This document shows, one piece after another, positions 14,279 through 27,118 of a stretch of 64,000 nucleotides of DNA (positions are counted from its first letter, which is position 1; every line of letters begins with the position of its first letter). Under the pieces are notes generated by a model. The model was not told where the DNA came from. It saw only the letters and a program-made list of their open reading frames with translations, and made no database searches. The translations under genes were made by a program, and so were the position numbers. The stretch is from Octopus bimaculoides (Eukaryota): NCBI RefSeq assembly GCF_001194135.2, contig NC_068989.1:59994476-60058475 (forward strand). The letters run 5' to 3'.

Positions 14279-14337
14279 ACCACCAAATTGTATTTACATA
14301 TTAGTAAATTTAAAATAATTTAATTTTTTTTTACTAT

Positions 14338-14740
14338 TACTCTTTACTCTTTTACTCTTTTACTTGTTTCAGTCATTTGACTGCGGCCATGCTGGAGCAC
14401 CGCCTTTAGTCGAGCAAATCGACCCCAGGACATATTCTATCGGTCTTTTTTGCCGAACCGCTAAGTTACGGGGACGTAAACACACCAGCATCGGTTGTCA
14501 AGCGATGCTGGGGGGACAAACACAGACACACAAACATATACACGCACATATATATATATATATATATACATACATACGACGGGCTTCTTTCAGTTTCCGT
14601 CTACCAAATCCACTCACAAGGCTTTGGTCGGCCCGAGGCTATAGTAGAAGACACTTGCCCAAGGTGCCACGCAGTGGGACTGAACCCGGAACCATGTGGC
14701 TGGTAAGCAAGCTACTTACCACACAGCCACTCCTGCGCCT
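14338..14740 (-). mobile_element. tRNA-derived CORE-like SINE (family A), near full length
   Basis: Minus strand head AGGCGCAGGAGTGGCTGTGTGGTAAGTAGC...GGTTCAGTCCC, CORE-like GGCACCTTGGGCAAGT, internal (TA/TG)n and (AAAGAGT)n tail. It resembles octopus OR-type SINEs; the exact family name is unverified. Confidence 0.9.
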
Positions 14741-17590
14741 ATATTGCAAAATAAGAATAATTACTGAATTTGTTTTTTAAGCTTAAAAAAGATCTTTATT
14801 TTACCATGTCTTATTGCAAACCGCATTCATAAATAAAGCGTTCGTGATGTATGATAAACACCGCCAAATTGTATTTGTAAATTTAGATTACTTTTTCTTT
14901 TAATGTACTGCATTAAAAAATAAATATTATTTGTTTGTGAGCTTAAAATAGGTTTTTATTAACCACGTGTTATTGAAAATGCTTTCATAAATGAAGTACA
15001 GAACTGGGAATGGTTATTATCGGTTTAGCCCAGAGACAAGTTAATTTGACTTTCGACTTAAGTCGTGTTTCTTGGAACCAATTAACGACGTAGGGTGAAG
15101 CATGCCTGTATTCTATAATATCGTAGTTACATTTGCGTTGATGACTTATACTGAAGGTAAAATTACACAAGATTAACTCTTGGCTGCTTTCCAAGCTTTA
15201 TTCACTCCAGTTGTTTAGTTACACTTCAGAATATCATATCATTGTATTGTTGCCTAGACTACTTCTGGTTGAACCTTTTAGTTTCGGTTATATGTATGGA
15301 AGCCCAAACATTTGCACATTAAATGATAGTAACATTACATTAAGTATTTTATATGAACAAAAATTTAATTGTCTTCAGGTTACATTTATACTTGGGTAGT
15401 AGACTCAATCTGTCTACTGGTTTAACACCATTTCATTTTTGGATAACTTTAGCGGAGTCCAATCTACTGCAGGCTTTCACTTGTTTTCAAGTAAATCATA
15501 ATATCGTACATGGACGCAGATCTTAGATTTATAGAGTTAATAAAGTATGTTATGATATAATAGCGATATTTATGAAATAAGACGATTAGAACTGGAAGAG
15601 AAACTGAAAAAAACTTCAGACTATATTTCTTATTTAGAGAATGTTTTGAGCAAAATGTTCCTTAGTGTTGTCACGATTAAGTTTTTGCTTTAGACTGAAA
15701 TCTTTGACAGGAATAACAATCAGATTCAACTGAAAAGAATTATGGGAGGAGATGATTATTGATCAAATGTGTAAAACACCACTAGGAAAATTGGTAGTCA
15801 TAATGATTCACAGCATATTATTAATATTATGAACATACAAATCCGCATACGTAAACTTATATATAATTACGCCCAATCACATGCAGATACACATTTGTGA
15901 TTTACATCAAAAGTTGAGGAACTCATCTCCATGTTGGAGATGAATTTACTTACTTTTGACGTTGGAGAGATCTCCACGTAAGTGGTTATTCTGTAGATAG
16001 TTCTAAGTTCTTCAAAATGCATATTTCGTTAAATATGTAAATGGTTATTAAAAACAAAATGACTACACTGGATGTATAAACGTGACGTGCATTACGTAAC
16101 TACTTGAGAATTACAGCAAGAACTACACAGTAATAAGTTACGCAGAATTTTTACACACGATATATCCTTCATCTAAATTAATATTACGTACTCTCTTTTT
16201 GTACTAGCTATACAGAGCAATTACCATTATTATTGATGTTATATATTTGGTCAGAAATGTATCTTTAGTTTTATGACACGACTTATTGCAAGAACCTTGG
16301 ATTATGTTCATATGTTTCTGAACGAATTAAGAATGATAATAACCTCGTTGACCCTGCTACGTGATGTTTCGGAATAAAAAGATTTAGTGAAACATTTTAA
16401 CCTCTGTGAACTTTTGTGAAACTCATCAACGATTTATATCATCAAAACAAATTAGAAAAAAAGCTCTATTTTAAATCAAGATTGGCCTTTTCTTTGATAG
16501 ACTGTTAAAGAGTCGAAGATGTAATCCTATCAATGATATTTTAGTAACTTCCTATTGATTTCGATTAAAAGTTGTCAACTCTCACAAGCATGTTACAATG
16601 TTCCCAGGAAAACGTCGTTATTTTCAACATTTAACAATCTCATTTAATGAACATTAGTGAAACTTCAAAAGAAAGTTACCACTTCAAGTTCTGAGAAATG
16701 ATTCAACAGCGAACAAATACCCTGCAATTATCGCCAAAGTGTGATAATTAGCGTTCTTTATGAAGAATAACTTTTCCTAAGATAGTGGAGGTGTCGCTTG
16801 TGATGCTGTCTCCAACTACATTGATTAATTAGACAAAGTAGTAAAATTTGTCCGTTCTAACTCTACAAATTCTCTCCTTAGATGACCTCAAAGATAATTC
16901 TTTGAATATTTTTTAATCATAACATTAAAAAATATAAGCGCAGTGGTGAAAGCAGAGTGTCTGAAAAATAAAATGCATAACGATATTTTACTTAGTTATC
17001 ATTTTCTGAGTTAAAATTTCGCCCGAGTCGACTTTACATTTAATTCTCAGGAGTCGATAAGATAAATACCAATAATGTATTAAGAATGATTCATTCATCT
17101 GTACAAACTCATTTACATAAAACTTCAGCATTACAAACACACGGGAGACTCTTTTTTCCATTCACTAAAGTCAGTTATTTTATTCAACAAGATATGAATA
17201 TAAAAAAAATCTTATTCCTTCTCTGCTGAAAATACAGGGCTTTTGGGTTTATGAAAAGAAACAAATAATAAAAGGTATACCTAATTAAGTAAAAAGCTCC
17301 AGGAAAATTAAACAGCTGAGCTGATTTCGAGTTTTGCTTTGAAGCTAATTACGTTTAGTTACGTCGTACATGATTTTCTATCGAGAAAGCATGGTTGTCT
17401 CACGCACTTTTTTCAGTATTATGCTTACTGACTGCCTCACTGCCAAACCAATGGCCATCTTCCATTCATTTTATTATCCATAATGAATTCATTTTATTAT
17501 ACAAATAGTCAAAGAATATAGAGAGGTGGATAATAAAATCTTACTGAGGTGTTATATTGTTGTTTGCCTCCAGGTTATACTCGATCGAAT

Positions 17591-17979
17591 GTGGAGGCGC
17601 AATGGCCCAGTGGTTAGGACAGCGGACTCGCGGTCATAGCATCGCGGTTTCGATTCCCAGACCGGGCGTTGTGAGTGTTTATTGAATGAAAACACCTAAA
17701 AGCTCCACGAGGCTCCGGCAGGGGATGGTGGTGAACCCTGCTGTACTCTTTCACCACAACCTTCTCTCACTCTTACTTCCTGTTTCTGTTGTGCCTGTAA
17801 TTCAAAGGGTCAGCCTTGTCACACTGTGTCACGCTGAATACACCCGAGAACTACGTTAAGGGTGCACGTGTCAGTGGAGTGCTCAGCCACTTGCACGTTA
17901 ATTTCACGAGCAGGCTGTTCCGTTGATCGGATCAACTGGAACCCTCGACGTCGTAAGCGACGGAGTGCCAACAACAAAA
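17591..17979 (+). mobile_element. tRNA-derived SINE (family B), full length with 14-bp TSD
   Basis: Head GTGGAGGCGCAATGGCCCAGTGGTTAGG...GGTTTCGATTCCC; tail GACGGAGTGCCAACAACAA; TSD ATACTCGATCGAAT at 17577-17590 and 17980-17993. Confidence 0.95.
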
Positions 17980-18119
17980 ATACTCGATCGAATAAATGTA
18001 TAATCAAAGGCTTTTCAGCCCTGTGTCCAGCATCGAGTACAGTAAAGAATGTGTTATTTCCCAATTTAACCCCATGACAACGGCTTTCTTTTTATCAAGC
18101 AATTATGTTGCATTGACGG

Positions 18120-19148
18120 TAACCATCTCAGTTGAGATCAGCAATTAGCGCACAACAATGGTTCGGCGTAAATTTACATCAGCCGCTTTAACCTGTATAC
18201 GGCGGTGATTCATTCGGTTGCCTGGGCGTGGCAACAGTAATCGCGCCCAATGAGGTCAACATTCAGTGCGAGATGACGTTCGGCATATATTTACGTCAAC
18301 TGATACAATTTGCCTAAATTATATCCCTGTGCAGGACGCTCATGCGGTATTATTCGTGAATAAGATCATTCGACAGCACAAATCAGATCAACTTCATGTA
18401 TTTGCAATCATGTGAATTAAAAAATTGATTTTAATGTGATAGATTTCAAAACAGGGTACCACGCACAGTGGCATATCACACTGTGAACAATGGTATCTAG
18501 TTTCCTTACGTTTCTTTTTTGCTTTACATACTGTGCATCTTTTTGAAGAATTTGTCTTCTTGGCGGTGGGGGAAACAGTCGTGGAAAATTTCCACGTCCC
18601 TTCACCATGCGGTAAGGAGAGAGTCTGGCGTGGGGACGTCCACGCGTTCTGTACTTTGGCAGGTCTGATGCTTCTATCATTTCACGGAACAATAGATTCC
18701 TGAATGTCAATCCATCTCCAGCACCGCCAAGCATCTGCCAAATCAAATAAGAGTTCACGGCACATATGTCAACTATATGCAAGAATTTTTTTTTGTACCA
18801 TTTCACAAATTTTCTCACCGATTTGCGTATCGTTGCGAGCTGATCTGAACGATCGACCCCGCCCATCCCTTTATTGTATGAAACAATTACACACGGTTTC
18901 ATTATAGCATTACTGTCCGCATCTTGTTTCCTAGCGTCCTTCATGCTTGCAGAATGCATTGTGGATAACATGCAGACGTTTTTCTTGTCACACCACACCA
19001 GAGCAAGAATGCCACTATCGATGCATCGGTATACTGTTTCTCGCTTTCGAAGTATTATCTCGTGAAGTTCAGGCGGCATATAATTACGTCGACCGAATCA
19101 AAGCATGTACATTGCGCGCGTAAATCTACGTCAACTGTTTTAAAAGGG
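18120..19148 (-). mobile_element. piggyBac deletion derivative (PGBD4-like C-terminal half)
   Basis: ORF 18417-19079 has KPCVIVSYNKGMGGVDRSDQL, RKFVKWYKK and DICAVNSY, followed by a frameshifted Cys-rich tail. The right end is ACTGTTTTAAAAGGG|TTAG (mutated TTAA); the left end is uncertain. Confidence 0.85.
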
Positions 19149-19243
19149 TTAGGTGCAATTTGAGGATATTTGGTTTCTGTTTAGCCGTGAGGTTTCCTCA
19201 TATATTATAATAATAGGTTTCAATAAGTTCTTATTCGTGATTG

Positions 19244-19460
19244 TACGAGGGAGGGGTTGCTGAATAGTTCCTGGCTTTGGGTAAAAGAAAATACGGGAGA
19301 ATCAGTTAATTATATTCAACATATTCCCCTCTCAAATTCACACATTTATTGCAGCGGTGCTTCAATATTTCTAAGCCTTGTAAAAGAACTCGGAAGGTTG
19401 GGCCTCCAACCAGGCCTTTCACGGTGCCCGTATTGCTAGGAACTTTGCAGCACACCTTCG
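19244..19460 (-). mobile_element. Mariner 3' end remnant
   Basis: TACGAGGG TIR start; minus strand GLEILKHRCNKCVNLRGEYVE is the mariner transposase C-terminal motif. Confidence 0.8.
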
Positions 19461-20117
19461 TAACTATTTCTATTATGGTAATGATAATATTGTGCTTGAT
19501 CGCCACAATTTCAAATCCTCCTTCCTACAAAAAAAAAAAGAAAAAAAAAAGGCAGTTGTGGCAGGAACCGTTCAGAAGGCCATTCCTTTTTTTCGGTGAT
19601 AACATATAATCTGTCATTCGCTTTCACTCGACCACGTCTCTTGGGTGCCTTTAATAATGTTGCAAATATTTGGAATAAGGTCTTCTGTTCGAGGATAATT
19701 TACGCCTTTCTTTCCACCCCACAAAAAAGTAATGAGGATGCCTTTCTTTATCTAAGGCAAAAAATGCGACTCCAGCTACTTTTAACTATTTAGTTTCAAC
19801 AGCACCAAATATGCTTCGATGAAGAGGTAAATAAAACTATCAGTTTCATTTTCACATGGCACTATACATATTAAGGGAAGCGAGGAAATAGTTTGACGTG
19901 TTTGTATTTTCTAGGAGTATGAACGATATCATTGGAATGAAACGGTTTCGATTAGAGATTGAAGCTTATGATACTTTTGGATTGTGCTCCCTTAATCAAT
20001 AGATGTAACGATCGATACTAGCCAAGAGTCAATCGTTCTATTTGGTTAAAGTATTCTACTTCAGTGTGACCTAGCAAAGAGTACACGTCTTATTCTGAAC
20101 ATCTGTCTGCTAGTCAT

Positions 20118-20330
20118 TATACCATAATTTATCTGGACCGGACGGTATACCATTATTTATCTGGACCGGACGTAGAAATTCTTTATACTCACTGGCGCTG
20201 AGCTGAATTAATCTTTTCTAATGCAACAAAAGAAATTTAAATTGTGATTGGAAGTGAGGTAAGTTAAGCCCTAGAGGCAAGTTAAGCCCTAGAGGCAAGT
20301 TAAGCTCTAGAAGTAAGTTAAGCTCTAGAC
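20118..20330. repeat. 28-bp tandem duplication (20118-20173) and 18-bp minisatellite x4 (20261-20330)
   Basis: TATACCATWATTTATCTGGACCGGACG x2; AAGTTAAGCYCTAGARGY x4. Confidence 0.9.
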
Positions 20331-22540
20331 AGTCGCACTAGTAGTTTCTAATTTAAGATTTACATTTCATTTACGTTAATGCCTCTGGCAAAGTTTTGTT
20401 TCAAAAATTATAATTACTTCTCTTTTAAAATGTAATCAGTCATAGCTATAGATATAAGATATAATTATACAGACTGATATCTATATACATTTAGTTCCAC
20501 AGTAACATTTGACCTACGAAAGGCTTTTAAGCATATTGAGGTGAAGATAGAACCGATCATTTTTATTATTATTTAACAATTCATTAGAACTTCTCAATAT
20601 TTTCTCTCAGATTGCCGATGATTGTAGTAGAATGCTATTTATTAAAATGTAAATAAAACAAGAAACTGACAAACATCATTTATATAATGGTTTAAAGTTG
20701 ACAGCCCAACAATAATAACTAGAGGTTGTAAACGGGGGTTGTGATCAAGTAATATTTGTACTCTTATCTTGTTCAAAAATTAAAGGGAAGAAGACACCTT
20801 TAGTCCTAATTTCACGGTAAGACGAAATGCATATGAGTCCATATATTCCTTATTCTTTACCTATACTGTATTTGTACTCGAGCAGCTTAGAACGAATATA
20901 TCACTGTACATTGCAATATGTTATCTAGTTTATATGAAATTTTCTGCTTTCAAATCCGTTCTGGGTTTATTTGCATTTTCCCGCCCGGACTGGTAAAATA
21001 ACAATCAATAATGATTAAGTTGCTTCAGTCGGTTGAATTTCTTCTCGATTAAATAGGGTTCTATATATTTTGCAGAAGAAGGAAGTATTTACAATAACGC
21101 AGATACGACTTATAATATAAAAGCGAGTTACATTTTTGCGTTTTTCTTAAAACACCACAAGAAGATATAACTGCATATCAGTATGATTTTCTTTATTTAT
21201 CATGTATGCTTCTATATCGGTCGATGCCAACACAAACTAATTCGTATAACTAAACCTAGTGATTTTTCATTAATGATGTCTAAAAAAAGATTCGATTATT
21301 TGATGAGATGTGTGATACTCTATTCAGTTTCCTACATTCTTCATATTGACAAAATTGTAGTTATATTTTCTCTCAGACTCCATCAAATATTACCCTTCAC
21401 TGACTCACTATTCTCCACCTTCTCCTTCTTCCAAGTTACCATTTTCTTGTCTTTCAAATTTCTTCATCTTTCCCCTAATATCCTACTTAAACAAGACCGT
21501 CTTCTCATAAAAAAAGCAACATAAAAATCTCTTCAAATTACGTACCAACATAACTCCTATTTCAGGATTCACTGAATTGGTTCCTCTTGCAATGTAGGCA
21601 AACATAATTTTCTTTGAATTCTAGTGACAATATTTGTCTTTAGTTTATTTCCAGCCAGACGAATAATTAAGTAATTTAATTTATCAAGAATCTAAAGATC
21701 AATGAAATTATTTCTACTGTTAAAATAAAATTATAAAGCTGCTCTGTGTGACAATTTTACGTAAATTAGAGAAAATAAACAACCATTTAAGTTGTTAAAA
21801 GCAGCTTTAGCTTTTGTGTGTTTATATAAAGTCACGATTGAAACAACAACTATAAAGAAAAAAAGAATAATATGTCGCTTGAGGAACTACAGAAATACAC
21901 TCTTATATTTGAAGGTGTGTATGTGTCTATCCATAAATTTCTTGTGAATCAATATCCTCAAACGTTGGGCAAGACATACCGTGGGCATTGATTGGGTAGA
22001 GATGGTGTATAGGATAGTGAAGGAAATAGTAGATTAAACCTAAATTCTTGAATATATAGTTTGTATCTGACAGATGTCATGTGTAGAAGACCCGGGCGTG
22101 TTAGTCTGTATTTCCAACCTTAACGATATTAATAACCGTGGTATATATTTTCCTATGGATGTATACTTTCTCTACTATAAATAGGTACACAACGTCTGTT
22201 GCAGTACTTTTTCCACCGTAGAAGAATTTGCAAATACTATATAATTCTACGACTCTATATAGAATGGAATATAGATCTGTTTTAGTTATAATGGCATCAT
22301 AATTTTGGTATCATAATTACGATAATTATTCTGACAGTAGAATTTATGGAGAAAGTAAAGTGAAATGGTTTAGCAGTCTATGATGTACACGAGCCTACAT
22401 CATAATCTGTAAAACTTCTACTAAATCTAGACAAATAAATAATGATACCTTAAAAAGACAACCCTCTGAAGCCTTCAGATGTGCTTAGATATTACCATCA
22501 CTATATGTAGCCAATGAAATCTGCTTCCTGTAAGCAAATA

Positions 22541-22760
22541 TACAGGGTGGTCGCTTGAAAAGCAGAAAATTCGTGAAATGCCAATTTATATTTTCACAAG
22601 ATCTATCTGAGGTTAACAGTAAGGGTCACAAAGCGTGATATCATATTAACACTCACAAATGTTCAAAATGTCTTCTTTGCACTTCGTGACAGTGTTTTAA
22701 TTAAGAAATCCAAGCTCGTGTGACATTTTGAAGTGTAACTTCAGGGATGTCATTCCAATT
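22541..22760 (-). mobile_element. Tc1/mariner 3' end remnant
   Basis: TACAGGGTGG TIR start; minus strand IPEVTLQNVTRAWIS*LKHCHEVQRRHFEHL resembles a Tc1-superfamily C-terminus. Confidence 0.65.
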
Positions 22761-22761
22761 G

Positions 22762-23885
22762 TATCAGGAATGTAAAATATTTCTTTTTTAAAACCACTTA
22801 ACTTTAGGGCTTGGTTATAATACAGAGAGTGAGTATTGAATATCTCCTCATTCGCAGATAAATTTGAAATTCTAATTGAGATAGCTGTTACCATACCATT
22901 GAGGGCTGATTTAGGATGATTAGAGAGAACATTTAAGTACTGAAGGGTTTCACTTCGTTTTCTATATGGATGGTGAAGATTAGTGTTAAGGTTAAGCGTG
23001 ACGTCTATGAACTTAGCTATTTTATTATCTATTTCAAACGCTATATTTAAGTTATAATTTTTAAAAAAATCATTAAATATTTCTTAGTACGTTCAATCTC
23101 AGGACGGGATAAATTTTTAGTTGCCAAAAGTGTGTCGTCGCTATAGAGACCTCCGGATATGTTGCTTAATTTTTGAGAGAAGCAACAGTCCCACAAGGTC
23201 TGTTATTTGGGCTGAATCTGAGGAGCCCATTGTTATATCAAAAAGGTCAGAGTTAGTATTTCGGATCCAGTTTTGATCATTAAAGTTTATAAGGGTTTTT
23301 CTAGCAGGTAGGATTATATCTATATGAGATGAAGAAATGGTTGTATAGTTTTGAGCAAATGATAATGCGTCACTCAGTAAATTAGGTGCTATTGAAGCAT
23401 AATAACCCGAGATATTAAATTGGATGAAATTAATGTGATGTTTGTCCTTCAGGAAATGAAACCATGTAATTACGTCACCGGTAGAGTTCCAAACGGGGAG
23501 CTCTACATTTTCTTTAATTCCAGGTAATACTCTATCTAAAATTGTTTTACTAATCTTGCCTAAGACTGATTTTGTAGGACATATTAACCGAATAGATGGT
23601 TTACTTTGAAAGTTAGGTTTATGGTCCTTCAGTGTAAAATGTGGTGTTCTCGGAGTGTATGGTTCAGTTCTATTGTGCAGGTTCAAATCCTTTAGTAGTT
23701 TATTCTGTGTTTTATTAATATCATTCAATACATTTGCGTGAGCGTGTTTGTAATTAGTGTTAAGCTCTTTTTGTATTAGACTATTGTAGATTTCAATATG
23801 TAATGAATAGAGGTTCCTAGTTTTATCAGAAAATGCATGTAAATATTGAGGAACGTATTTTAGAAATGGTTTTAGAGAGTTATAT
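22762..23885 (-). mobile_element. Penelope-like element (PLE) reverse transcriptase fragment, Naiad/Neptune-type motifs
   Basis: SDKTRNLY; TLKDHKPNF..PSIRLICPTKSVLGKISK; FDITMGSSDSAQITDLVGL; one frameshift near 23160; then GLYSDD, FIDVTLNL, PYRK, SNHP and YNQALKLSGF. No GIY-YIG domain is retained. Confidence 0.9.
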
Positions 23886-24285
23886 ATACATTAAACAATG
23901 GGGTAAAAAAATTGGATATTAATTAATATCAATTTAATACCAGGTAACTAGCACATTAAAAGAATCAGGGAGATTCAGAAAAAATATCTGAGATCTCAAG
24001 GATTATTGCATATGTTTATATAAAAATATATACGAGTATATATACAGGAGGCTAGTAGGTGGACTGGTAATGTTCTAGAAGAAGATCACATGTCATGTAT
24101 CTACTAAGACCGAATAATTCCGATGTGGAACATTTTTCCTGCGGAGATATTTACGGATTTAGCGCGCAAAAACGAGGACTTTTGAATTTTGCCGTAGAAG
24201 GTATAATTTTTAGAACCGTATACACGTGCTTTCCTTGTGGAGTACAACTTAGTATACGATTCTCTAAATTACACATATCCAACGT

Positions 24286-24349
24286 TCTGTACTGATGAGG
24301 AAAAGATATTTTCTGTCAGAAAATGTTAATTTCGAAACATGTTTGCAGA
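24286..24349 (+). ncRNA. Minimal type-I hammerhead ribozyme (copy 1)
   Basis: UCUGUA-CUGAUGAG-GAAAAGAUAUUUUCU(GUC)AGAAAAUGUUAAUUUC-GAA-ACAUGU-U-UGCAGA. The core is intact, helix I has 6 bp, helix II is long, and helix III is palindromic. Confidence 0.85.
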
Positions 24350-24854
24350 TAATTGTATTTTTTTGTGTAATTTTCACTGGTCTTGCCCGCTTTACGTTTT
24401 TGTTGCTTCGCTAAATTCCCTTTGAGAATTATTCGGTCTTAGTAGACACATGACATGTGATCTTCTAGCACATTACCAGTCCACCTAGTGGCATCCGGTA
24501 TATATACTCGTATATATTTTTATATAAACATATGCAATAATCTTTGAGATCTCAGATATTTTTTCTGAATCTCCCTGATTCTTTTAATGTGCTAGTTACC
24601 TGGTACTAAATTGATATTAATTAATATCCAATTTTTACCCCATTGTTTAATTTAATTAACCATAACCAAATTCTCAGAGTTACTATATCCGATGTGGAAC
24701 ATTTTTTCTGCGGAGATATTTACGGATTTAGCGCGCAAAAACGAGGACTTTTGAATTTTGCTGTAGAAGGTATAATTTTTAGAACCGTATACACGTGCTT
24801 TCCTTGTGGAGTACAACTTAGTATACGATTCTCTAAATTACACCTCTCCAACGT

Positions 24855-24918
24855 TCTATACTGATGAGGAAAAGATATTTTCGGTAAGAAAATGTTAATT
24901 TCGAAACATGTTTGCAGA
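24855..24918 (+). ncRNA. Minimal type-I hammerhead ribozyme (copy 2)
   Basis: Same core CUGAUGAG...CGAAACAUGUU; one A-C mismatch in helix I and an altered loop II. Confidence 0.8.
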
Positions 24919-25140
24919 TAATTGTATTTTTTGTGTAATTTTCACTGGTCTTGCCCGCTTTACGTTTTTGTTGCTTCGCTAAATTCCTTTTGAGAATTAT
25001 TCGGTATTAGTAGACACATGACATGTGATCTTCTTCTAGGACATTACCAGTCCACCTAGTGGCATCCGGTATACATACTCGTATATATATATATATATAT
25101 ATACCTGTAGATACATACTCATAGAAACATACATATATAT

Positions 25141-25354
25141 TCTTTACTACTCTAGGCACAAGGCCCGAAATCTCGGGGGAGGGGGCCAGTCGATTAGATC
25201 GACCCCAGCACACAACTGGTACTTAAATTATCGACTTCGAAAGGATGAAAGCAAAGCCGACCTCGGTGGAATTTGAACTCAGAACGTAAAGACAGACGAA
25301 ATATCGCTAAGCATTTCGCCCGGCGTGCTAACGTTTCTGCCAGCTCGCCGACTT
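25141..25354 (-). mobile_element. tRNA-like-headed SINE family C (Meta-domain-like)
   Basis: Minus strand CGGCGAGCTGGCAGAAACGTTAGCACGCCGGGCGAAATGC...GAGTTCAAATTCC...TTTCATCCTTTCGAAGTCGATAATTTAAGTACCAG; the central motif resembles the MetaSINE domain as I recall it. Confidence 0.85.
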
Positions 25355-26669
25355 AACATACATACATATTTACATATATATGTCATTTTCATTTGCACGT
25401 ACCTTAAGTATGTTGTAACTTAAGTATAAATTGAAATTATTAAGTCTATTTATAAATACAGTAATCGGCCGCTTTTTTTAGCGTGAACAACGAAAATCGT
25501 TCAATGAAAGTAACAAATATGTTTATTACTAGTTTCCCGTGTTCAGTTATCGCCTGTCTCCCTCTTAATCTCAGTTCTAAAAGCTCTAGTAATTTCTCGA
25601 TTCATACTCTGGCAAAATATTTTGATGATATTCATATCACCATAAAATACTTTATTGGTATATTGAACACTATAACAAATTCGTAGATATTCAGTTTGAT
25701 AAAGGTATTTCACCAATATATATCTGCAAAGGAGTGATTAAGGCTATTCAATATGATAAAGATATGTTATTGATATTCGTTCCGATAAAAACATAATCTG
25801 TCGATATCCATTATTGTGAAGATATTTTATTCAAATCGTCAGGCTACAAAACACTTTATAAAAACAACCGGAGACAAAGACTACCGCATTGTGTTCTCTT
25901 TGTTGCTATAACAACACATTATGGCAAAAGTTTAACGCGATTTCTTCATAATATTTACTTCCAATATTTTCCTCTCCATTTTATTTCCCACACATCAATA
26001 TANNNNNNNNNNNNNNNNNNNNNNNNNNNNNNNNNNNNNNNNNNNNNNNNNNNNNNNNNNNNNNNNNNNNNNNNNNNNNNNNNNNNNNNNNNNNNNNNNN
26101 NNNNNNNNNNNNNNNNNNNNNNNNNNNNNNNNNNNNNNNNNNNNNNNNNNNNNNNNNNNNNNNNNNNNNNNNNNNNNNNNNNNNNNNNNNNNNNNNNNNN
26201 NNNNNNNNATATATATATATATATATATATATAACCATACTATTCTTCTCTAAGTCTTAGCAGTGAATAATTTACTCGAAGGTATATTTATGCATATCAG
26301 CAAAAATGTTTATGAAACCAATGAAATTTTACAGACTCAAGGATTAAGATTATATATTTACGATACCTTATTGTATATACAAAACGGTTTACTATTGGAA
26401 GAAATGTTTTTAATACTTTAACTTGAATAGCAAAAAGAGCTTGTTTTTGGTATACTGAGAAGAAACTGCACGATTTATTAGGTTACAAGGCATAACCAAA
26501 CTATCTGAGATGTTGTTGTTAGCATTCTTATACACTCATATTTACAAAATATTTGTCATGTAGTTGTTAACACTGTTATGCACTCATATTTTAAAATTAC
26601 TTGCAATATACTTGTTAACATCCTCATACACTCACATTTTCAAAGTACTCATGATGTTAGCCATTTTAT

Positions 26670-26908
26670 ACTCTTACTCTCTTTACTCTTTTACTTGTTT
26701 CAGTCATTTGACTGCGGCCATGCTGGAGCACCGCCTTTAGTCGAGCAAATCAACCCCAGGACTTAATCTTTGTAGGCCTAGTACTTATTCTATCGGTCTT
26801 TTTTGCCGAACCGCTAAGTTATGGGGACATAAACACACCAGCATCGGTTGTCAAGTGATGTTGAGGGGACAAACACAGACACACAAACATATACACACAC
26901 ATACATAC

Positions 26909-26951
<43 letters not shown>

Positions 26952-27118
26952 TATACGACGGGCTTCTTTTAGTTTCCGTCTACCAAATCCACTCACAAGG
27001 CTTCGGTCGGCCCGAGGCTATAGTAGAAGACACTTACCCAAGGTGCCACGCAGTGGGAATGAACCCGGAACCATGTGGTTGGTAAGCAAGCTACTTACAA
27101 CACAGTCACTCCTGCGCC
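26670..27118 (-). mobile_element. SINE family A, full length
   Basis: Near-identical to 14338-14740. Confidence 0.9.

Larger units (their letters stand above)
12213..15108 (+). mobile_element. Tigger/pogo DNA transposon with both TIRs and TA TSDs
   Basis: TA|CAGGCATACCTCGGTTTAAGTCG at the left end and CGACGTAGGGTGAAGCATGCCTG|TA at the right end; transposase inside; SINE inserted at 14338-14740. Confidence 0.92.
23890..25090. repeat. PLE pseudo-LTR-like module: inverted plus direct repeats carrying two hammerheads
   Basis: X (23890-24119) is the reverse complement of 24428-24650; 24120-24520 is repeated directly at 24689-25090 (period 569 nt). Confidence 0.9.

Noticed and set aside
15140-15480. 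Possible RT relic (..LYLGSRLNLS..) and a similar weak signal near 21900-22150
   Set aside because: Similarity is too short and degenerate to support without a search.
17591-17665. tRNA-like heads of SINE families A, B and C
   Set aside because: They lack proper cloverleaf pairing, are fused to SINE bodies and are flanked by TSDs, so they are not tRNA genes.
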